A DNA stretch of 64,000 bases from Alphaproteobacteria bacterium. GTDB lineage: Bacteria; Pseudomonadota; Alphaproteobacteria; CACIAM-22H2. This document shows positions 57,375 through 64,000 of the stretch, one piece after another. Within the stretch, counting starts at the first letter, position 1; every line of letters begins with the position of its first letter. The notes beneath the pieces are model-generated. The model did not search any database. It was not told the DNA's origin and saw nothing but the letters and a program-made list of their open reading frames with translations. Made by a program: the position numbers and the translations under genes. The stretch covers positions 6,747 through 70,746 of the forward strand of contig WGNX01000003.1 of NCBI GenBank assembly GCA_016124335.1, written 5' to 3'.

Positions 57375-58754
57375 TCAGCCGAGCTTGTCGACCACCTTTA
57401 CGGCGCCCTTCAACTCGTTGGTCATCTCGTCCTCGAGGAACTCGATGGCCTTCGCCGGCGTCAGGCGCCCCGTCTCGACGCCCTGAAGCGCCTTGAACAG
57501 GATGCCGTTATAGCGCCCGAAATCCGGATGGTTGGGGATGAAGGTCGAGCGCTTGAGCATCGGCGTCGCCGCCGCGAGATACCAGGCGTTCTCGTAGGCC
57601 GGCATGCTGCGCTGGCCGTTGAGGATCCCGGTGTGCGCCGTCGTCACAGCGTGCTGGGTGTTGAAAAACGGCAGCGACGCATAGGCGACGAGCGTGGCGG
57701 CAAGTTCCGCGTTCTTCGACTTCGGATTGACGATGTAGACGATCGGATGCGACAGGTTCGCCGGTTGGCCGCCCTTGACTGCTGCCGGCGCGTGGATCCA
57801 GCCCACCTTATGGAAATAGCCGGCCGCATCCTTGGGCCATGTCGCGCCCTTGGCGTCGCCGAGCATGAACTCGCCCACCGCCCAGACGCCCTGGTGATAG
57901 ATGAAGGCCTTTTCCGTCTTGAAGGCGCCCTGGATCTCGTCCCAGTTCATCGCGGTATTGTTTTTCGGCGTCACGCCGTGTTCGGCATTCCACGCGAACC
58001 ATTCGAGCCCCTTGCGGATCTCCGCCTTCGGCAGGATCAACTGGCCGGTCTTCTCGTCCATCCACTTGGCGCCGAAAGCAGCAAACGTCATCAGGTAATC
58101 GGGTCCGGCGTTCGGGCGATGGACCATGCCGTACTGCGCGGCCTTCTTGTCGACGACTTCCTTGGCGAGGTTTGACAGGTCCTGCATCGTGAATTCGCCC
58201 CGCTCGACCATGCCGGGCAGCCCTTCGATGAAGGCTTCGTTCTTGCCGATCTTGCGCAGCATGTCCTTGTTGTAGAAGAACATGCGGATTTCGGAATCCT
58301 GCGGGATCGCATGGATCTTGCCGTTGTACTTGGTCGCGTCCCACAGCACGGGCACGACGTCGGCGAAGGCCCACTGGTTCTTCTTGATGAAATCCTCGAG
58401 ATTCATCGCGTAGCCGGATTTCGCGAACTCGCCGACCCATTCGTGCGCGGCGACGTAGACATCCGGCCCCTTGTCGACCGCGAACGCCTTGAGGATGTCG
58501 AGCGCGTCGGCGTCGTAGCCGGTTGCCGGCCCCTCGAACACGTCGACCTTTACCGTCTTGTCGGAACCGGCCGCCTTGAGCGCCTGATTGAGCGTTTCGG
58601 CAGCGGCCACGATGTTGCCCGCGCGAAGCGGCCCGGATCGGTCGGCACGCGCCCAGAGCTTGACGACGACTTCTTCCGCATAGCTCGCGGCGGCGGTGCC
58701 CACCAGCATCGTGCCGGCGAGCAGGAACGCGGTTAGAATCTTGGACGGCCTCAT
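57375..58754 (-). CDS. extracellular solute-binding protein family 1 (sugar/glycerophosphodiester type)
   Basis: 459 aa; signal peptide 'MRPSKILTAFLLAGTMLVGTAAASYA'; SD GGGAGAA. Confidence 0.88.
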   Translation of the reverse strand: MRPSKILTAFLLAGTMLVGTAAASYAEEVVVKLWARADRSGPLRAGNIVAAAETLNQALKAAGSDKTVKVDVFEGPATGYDADALDILKAFAVDKGPDVYVAAHEWVGEFAKSGYAMNLEDFIKKNQWAFADVVPVLWDATKYNGKIHAIPQDSEIRMFFYNKDMLRKIGKNEAFIEGLPGMVERGEFTMQDLSNLAKEVVDKKAAQYGMVHRPNAGPDYLMTFAAFGAKWMDEKTGQLILPKAEIRKGLEWFAWNAEHGVTPKNNTAMNWDEIQGAFKTEKAFIYHQGVWAVGEFMLGDAKGATWPKDAAGYFHKVGWIHAPAAVKGGQPANLSHPIVYIVNPKSKNAELAATLVAYASLPFFNTQHAVTTAHTGILNGQRSMPAYENAWYLAAATPMLKRSTFIPNHPDFGRYNGILFKALQGVETGRLTPAKAIEFLEDEMTNELKGAVKVVDKLG

Positions 58755-58872
58755 TGCGACTTCTCCCCCATTGAGTCGGTCTAGCCGACTTTCATATTCG
58801 ACGGTTTTGAACCGTTTATTTGCCGTTTCGTGAAAGTTCAGCGCGGCTGGCGCGGACCTCCGTGACGGCAGT

Positions 58873-58890
58873 ATGTCATGGAATTGTCAT
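58873..58890 (+). promoter_or_regulatory. Pho-box-like direct repeat (aTGTCAT-ggaa-tTGTCAT, 11-nt phasing)
   Basis: Two exact TGTCAT hexamers 11 nt apart, 119-136 nt upstream of the SBP start. The repeat reads on the strand opposite to the gene. Confidence 0.45.
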
Positions 58891-58960
58891 CGTCGGGGTC
58901 GGGCGTTGTCAAGGCGGCCGCGGCGGCGGTTACATCGTTTCATCCGGATTCCGATCCAGG

Positions 58961-58992
58961 AAAAGGAAAAGCCCGCCATTTCTGGCGGGCTT
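58961..58992 (-). terminator. rho-independent terminator of the livK-like gene
   Basis: Minus-strand reading GCCCGCC-agaaat-GGCGGGC followed by TTTTCCTTTT; begins 33 nt after the stop at 59025. Confidence 0.8.
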
Positions 58993-59024
58993 CCCTCTGT
59001 TCGATAGTCCGAACGGAGCAAGAC

Positions 59025-60158
59025 TTACATGCTGGGCGACGACGGAAGTTCGACGTACGTGATCTTGCCGCTCGCGTCCTTCTTCCAGACGTACATCACG
59101 TAGTCGAGACGGGTGATGTCGCCCTTCTTGTCGTAGGCCAGGTCGCCGATGACGGTCTTGAACTTCATGCCCGAGTGCATCTTCTCGGCGACCTTCTTCG
59201 GGTCGAGCGAGTTGGCTGCCTTCGCGGCTTCGGCCATCACCTGAACAGCGGCGTAGCTGTAGAGGGTGTAGGCTTCCGGCTCGAACTTGGCGGCGCGGAA
59301 CTTCGCGACCACCGCCTTGGCGGCCGGGTTGTTGCGCGGATCCGGCGGGAAGGTCATCAGCGTACCTTCGACGCCCGGGCCGCCGACCGAGGCGAACTCG
59401 TCGGTCGTGATGCCGTCAGCACCCATCAGGACGGTCTTGAGGCCCTGGTCGCGCATCTGACGCACGATCAGGCCGCCTTCGGTGTGCAGGCCGCCCCAGT
59501 AGACGAGATCGGCACCGGACGACTTGATCTTCGACACCAGCGCCGAGAAGTCCTTCTCGCCGATGTTGATGCCTTCATAGAGCGCCGGCTTCATGCCGCC
59601 CTTGGCCATCGCCTTGACGGTTTCGTCGGCAACGCCCTTGCCGTAAGTCGTCTTGTCGTGGACGACGGCGATCTTCTTGCCCTTGAAGTGCTTGACGATG
59701 TAGGCGCCGGCGACCGCACCCTGCTGGTCGTCACGGCCGCAGGTACGGAAGATGTTCCACATCTTGCGTTCCGTGATCTGCGGATTGGTGGCCGACGGGG
59801 TGACGGCGAGGATGCCGTTTTCCTGGTAGGTCAGCGAGGCCGGCATGGTCACGCCGGAGTTGAAGTGGCCGACCACGAACTTGACGCCGTCGCCGGCGAA
59901 CTTGTTGGCGACCGACACGCCCTGCTTGGGATCGGAAACGTCATCGCCGAATTCGACGGTGAGCTTCTGGCCGAGAAGGCCGCCGGCGGCGTTGATGTCG
60001 TCGATGGCCTGCTGGGCGCCATTCTTCAGCTGTGCGCCGAACGCCGCGTTCGGCCCGGTGATCGGGCCGGCAACGCCGAACTTGACCTGCGCGGACACGG
60101 AGCCCGCCAAGGCAATAGAGAAACCCAGCGCAAGGCCGAGTGTGGTCATCTTCTTCAT
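59025..60158 (-). CDS. branched-chain amino acid ABC substrate-binding protein (LivK/BraC-like)
   Basis: 377 aa; signal peptide 'MKKMTTLGLALGFSIALAGSVSA'; 'KFGVAGPITGPNAAFGAQ'. Confidence 0.92.
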   Translation of the reverse strand: MKKMTTLGLALGFSIALAGSVSAQVKFGVAGPITGPNAAFGAQLKNGAQQAIDDINAAGGLLGQKLTVEFGDDVSDPKQGVSVANKFAGDGVKFVVGHFNSGVTMPASLTYQENGILAVTPSATNPQITERKMWNIFRTCGRDDQQGAVAGAYIVKHFKGKKIAVVHDKTTYGKGVADETVKAMAKGGMKPALYEGINIGEKDFSALVSKIKSSGADLVYWGGLHTEGGLIVRQMRDQGLKTVLMGADGITTDEFASVGGPGVEGTLMTFPPDPRNNPAAKAVVAKFRAAKFEPEAYTLYSYAAVQVMAEAAKAANSLDPKKVAEKMHSGMKFKTVIGDLAYDKKGDITRLDYVMYVWKKDASGKITYVELPSSPSM

Positions 60159-60258
60159 TCGCTTCTTCTCCTTCGAATGAACCGGAGGTTACAACGACGC
60201 GTGTAGTTCCATACAGCCAAATCCGTTCCTTCCCCAGGGTACAATGCGCATTCGGCGC

Positions 60259-60615
60259 TCATGTCCCTTCGGACTGATTGACCCAGCCGTATTGTGTCAC
60301 CATCTGGGCCGCACGGGCAGCCCGAAATCCGAGGTATCCGAAGATCATGCAGACCACGGTATCGACGGCGTAATAATGTAGCGACAGGAGGGTCCCGTCG
60401 AACAACGAAAAGTGGATGAAACGCACGGCAAACCCCAGGATCAGGCAATAGAGAAAGACCTGTCCGATCGGCCGCCATGTCTGCGCGATCGCGCGGCCGG
60501 ACAGCCAGCCAGCGCCGCCACCGAGCACGACGCTGACGAGCAGGAAGATGCCGAACGAGCCCTCCTCGCAAAACAGCATCAGGAACGAAAATTCGCCGCC
60601 GGATTCCGCCGCCAT
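60259..60615 (-). CDS. small integral membrane protein conserved inside liv/bra operons (3-4 TM, function unknown)
   Basis: 118 aa; hydrophobic segments 'FGIFLLVSVVLGGGAGWL', 'VFLYCLILGFAVRFIHF', 'VDTVVCMIFGYLGF'; 3 nt after the livF stop. Confidence 0.7.
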   Translation of the reverse strand: MAAESGGEFSFLMLFCEEGSFGIFLLVSVVLGGGAGWLSGRAIAQTWRPIGQVFLYCLILGFAVRFIHFSLFDGTLLSLHYYAVDTVVCMIFGYLGFRAARAAQMVTQYGWVNQSEGT

Positions 60616-60618
60616 GCT

Positions 60619-61341
60619 TCAGGCGCCCCCTTCGAGATAAGCCTGCTTGATTTCAGGACGCTCCAGCAGTTCGCGGCCCGTCCCCGACATCGTGATCAGC
60701 CCGCTGATCATGACGTAGCCGCGATGCGCGAGTTTCAGGGCGTGATACGCGTTCTGCTCGACAAGGAAAACGGTCAATCCGTCGGTCTTGTTGAGCGTGC
60801 GGATGGCGTCGAAGATCTGTTTGACGATCAGCGGCGCCAGACCGAGCGATGGCTCGTCGAGCAGCAGCAGGCGCGGACGCGCCATCAATGCGCGCGCGAT
60901 CGCAAGCATCTGCTGTTCGCCGCCCGACAGCGTGCCGCCGCGCTGGTTGATCCGCTGCTTGAGGCGCGGAAACAGCGTCAGCATGCGCTCGAGGTCGCGG
61001 TCGAATTCGGACTCCTCGGCGACGAGCGAGCCCATCTGCAGATTCTCAAGCACGGTCATGCGCGAGAAAATGCGGCGTCCTTCCGGCGACTGCGCCAGCT
61101 TGAGGCGGGATATTTCGTGCGTCGGCAGGTTCGTGATGTCGCGGCCGTCGAACGTGATCGTGCCTTCGCGGGCGCGCGGATTGCCGAAGACCGTCATCAT
61201 CAACGTGGATTTTCCGGCGCCATTGGCGCCGATCAACGTGACGATTTCGCCTTCGCGGACGTCCAGATCGACGCCCTTCAGCGCCATCACGCGGCCATAG
61301 AATGTCTTGACGCCGCGCACGGCGAGAAGCGGCGCACTCAT
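60619..61341 (-). CDS. livF: branched-chain amino acid ABC ATP-binding protein LivF
   Basis: Inner ATG (MSAPLLAVRGV...) of over-extended track ORF 60619..62046; ATGA overlap with livG; 'GANGAGKSTLMM'. Confidence 0.93.
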   Translation of the reverse strand: MSAPLLAVRGVKTFYGRVMALKGVDLDVREGEIVTLIGANGAGKSTLMMTVFGNPRAREGTITFDGRDITNLPTHEISRLKLAQSPEGRRIFSRMTVLENLQMGSLVAEESEFDRDLERMLTLFPRLKQRINQRGGTLSGGEQQMLAIARALMARPRLLLLDEPSLGLAPLIVKQIFDAIRTLNKTDGLTVFLVEQNAYHALKLAHRGYVMISGLITMSGTGRELLERPEIKQAYLEGGA

Positions 61342-62246
61342 AGCCCGACCTCGGCCTCGACCTGATCCACTTCGTCGTCGGCAACGCCAAGATACGCCGC
61401 GATGACCTTCGGGTCGTTGCGCACCTCGTCCGGCTTGCCGTCGGAGATCTTGACGCCGTAATCGAGCACGATGACGTGGTCGGAGATTTCCATGACGACG
61501 GACATGTCGTGCTCGATCAGCAGGATCGATATGCCCTGTTCCCGGCCGATGCCGAGCAGCAGTTCGTTGAGCTGCGCGCTTTCGCGCGGATTGAGCCCGG
61601 CCGCCGGTTCGTCGAGGCAAAGCAGCACGGGATTGGTGCACATCGCGCGCGCGATCTCGAGACGGCGCTGGTCGCCATAAGGCAAGTCGCCGGCCGGATC
61701 GTCCGCTCGTTCCAGAAGTCCGATGCGGTCGAGCCAGCTGCGCGCGTTTTCGATCGCCGCGCGTTCGGCACGCCCGTAGGACGGGGCACCGAATATGCCG
61801 AGCAGCGTATAGCCCGACGCCAGCATCAGGCTGTTGTGCTGGGCAACGAGCAGGTTCTCCAGCAATGTCATGCCCGGAAACAGGCGGATGTTCTGGAACG
61901 TGCGGGCCACGCGCGCCTGATGCGCCACGAGGAAATCCGGCATGCGCTCGAGCAGGAAAAGCGAATCCTTGCCGGTGCCCATCGTGCGCTTGCCGCTGGC
62001 GGTCAGCGCGTCGAGCTGCGACCAGGCGTTCCCGCTTCCGTGGCACAGGCTGATGCGCCCCCCGGTCGGCTTGTAAAAACCGGTGATGCAGTTGAAGACG
62101 GTTGTCTTGCCCGCACCGTTCGGACCGATCAGTGCGGTGATCTCGCCCTTGCGAACCTTGAACGAAAGGTCGTCGATCGCGACCAGCCCGCCAAAGCGCA
62201 TGGTCAAATGGTCAACGCGCAGCAGAATGTCGTCGTCGTTTGCCAT
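61338..62246 (-). CDS. livG: branched-chain amino acid ABC ATP-binding protein LivG
   Basis: 302 aa; 'GPNGAGKTTVFN', 'LPYGDQRRLEIARAM'. Confidence 0.93.
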   Translation of the reverse strand: MANDDDILLRVDHLTMRFGGLVAIDDLSFKVRKGEITALIGPNGAGKTTVFNCITGFYKPTGGRISLCHGSGNAWSQLDALTASGKRTMGTGKDSLFLLERMPDFLVAHQARVARTFQNIRLFPGMTLLENLLVAQHNSLMLASGYTLLGIFGAPSYGRAERAAIENARSWLDRIGLLERADDPAGDLPYGDQRRLEIARAMCTNPVLLCLDEPAAGLNPRESAQLNELLLGIGREQGISILLIEHDMSVVMEISDHVIVLDYGVKISDGKPDEVRNDPKVIAAYLGVADDEVDQVEAEVGL

Positions 62247-62249
62247 GCT

Positions 62250-63650
<1,401 letters not shown>

Positions 63651-63651
63651 C

Positions 63652-64000
63652 TCAGACCTTCTCGACCTCGGGTCGACCGAACAGCCCCTGCGGCAGGAAG
63701 ATCAACGTGATGGCAAGCACCGAGAACGCGGCGACGTCCTTGTAGTCGATCGAGAAGTAAGCCGACCACATCGTCTCGATCAGCCCGATCAGCAATCCAC
63801 CGATGACCGCCCCCGGCAGCGAGCCGACGCCGCCAAGAACGGCAGCCGTGAAAGCCTTCACGCCCGGAATGAAGCCATCCGAAAAGCTCACCACGCCGTA
63901 ATTCATCAGATACATCGTGCCGGCGACCGAGGCGAGCGCTGCCGCAATCACGAACGTGATCGAGATCGTCTGGTTGACGTTGACGCCGACCAGAGCCGCC
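63652..64000 (-). CDS. livH: branched-chain amino acid ABC permease LivH (3' part; 5' end outside window)
   Basis: Frame stays open from 63951 to the window end (reads ...[35 protein letters not shown]...). The track start at 63951 is an internal GTG. Confidence 0.9.
   Translation of the reverse strand, partial: AALVGVNVNQTISITFVIAAALASVAGTMYLMNYGVVSFSDGFIPGVKAFTAAVLGGVGSLPGAVIGGLLIGLIETMWSAYFSIDYKDVAAFSVLAITLIFLPQGLFGRPEVEKV

Overview
High-GC (by eye mid-60s %), almost fully coding chromosomal segment with alphaproteobacterial (Rhizobiales/Hyphomicrobiales-like) gene content; the taxon cannot be proven from the window. I support 68 protein-coding genes (2 cut by the window edges). I found no rRNA or tRNA, no transposase, integrase or phage genes, and no CRISPR array. 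Many ORFs in the supplied track are N-terminally over-extended or are antisense shadow ORFs typical of high-GC DNA. I trimmed starts to ATG/GTG/TTG codons that give 1-, 4- or 8-nt stop/start overlaps with the upstream gene or have a Shine-Dalgarno. Layout: (a) 1-6783: MarR plus a tightly coupled CoA-dependent catabolic operon (crotonase, acyl-CoA dehydrogenase, 8-Cys CWC mini-protein, flavin/FeS ene-reductase with Fn3-like tail, aryl/acyl-CoA ligase, second crotonase). (b) 6801-8421: small secreted Lys-rich protein, Sel1-repeat protein, EamA transporter. (c) 8443-10266: urate-to-allantoin genes (puuD-like, uraH, uraD). (d) Orphan ABC ATPase plus a soluble histidine kinase. (e) 12422-18639: ureDABCEFG plus an M20 ureido-amidohydrolase. 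(f) SDR, then a bactofilin + M23 peptidase pair. (g) PotFGHI-like ABC importer divergent from allophanate hydrolase-amidase-puuE. (h) MarC, then an acyl-CoA ligase/ACAD-fold/alpha-beta-hydrolase operon divergent from MarR-GGT-Nudix. (i) MFS + amidase, M81 (MlrC-like) peptidase + Dpp-type ABC importer + another amidase. (j) pstSCAB-phoU-phoB. (k) Sugar-type ABC importer + GDPD + EEP phosphoesterase behind a Pho-box-like repeat. (l) livK-(small membrane protein)-livFGMH. I do not see a clear-cut novel multi-gene system of the defence or mobile type. The most unusual items are: the flavin/FeS reductase that lacks an NAD(P)H module and is coupled to a CWC mini-protein; a 17-nt perfect anti-Shine-Dalgarno complement in front of a 39-codon ORF; the Pho-linked GDPD/EEP scavenging operon; and the very high density of C-N hydrolases with sigma-54-like and MarR control elements.
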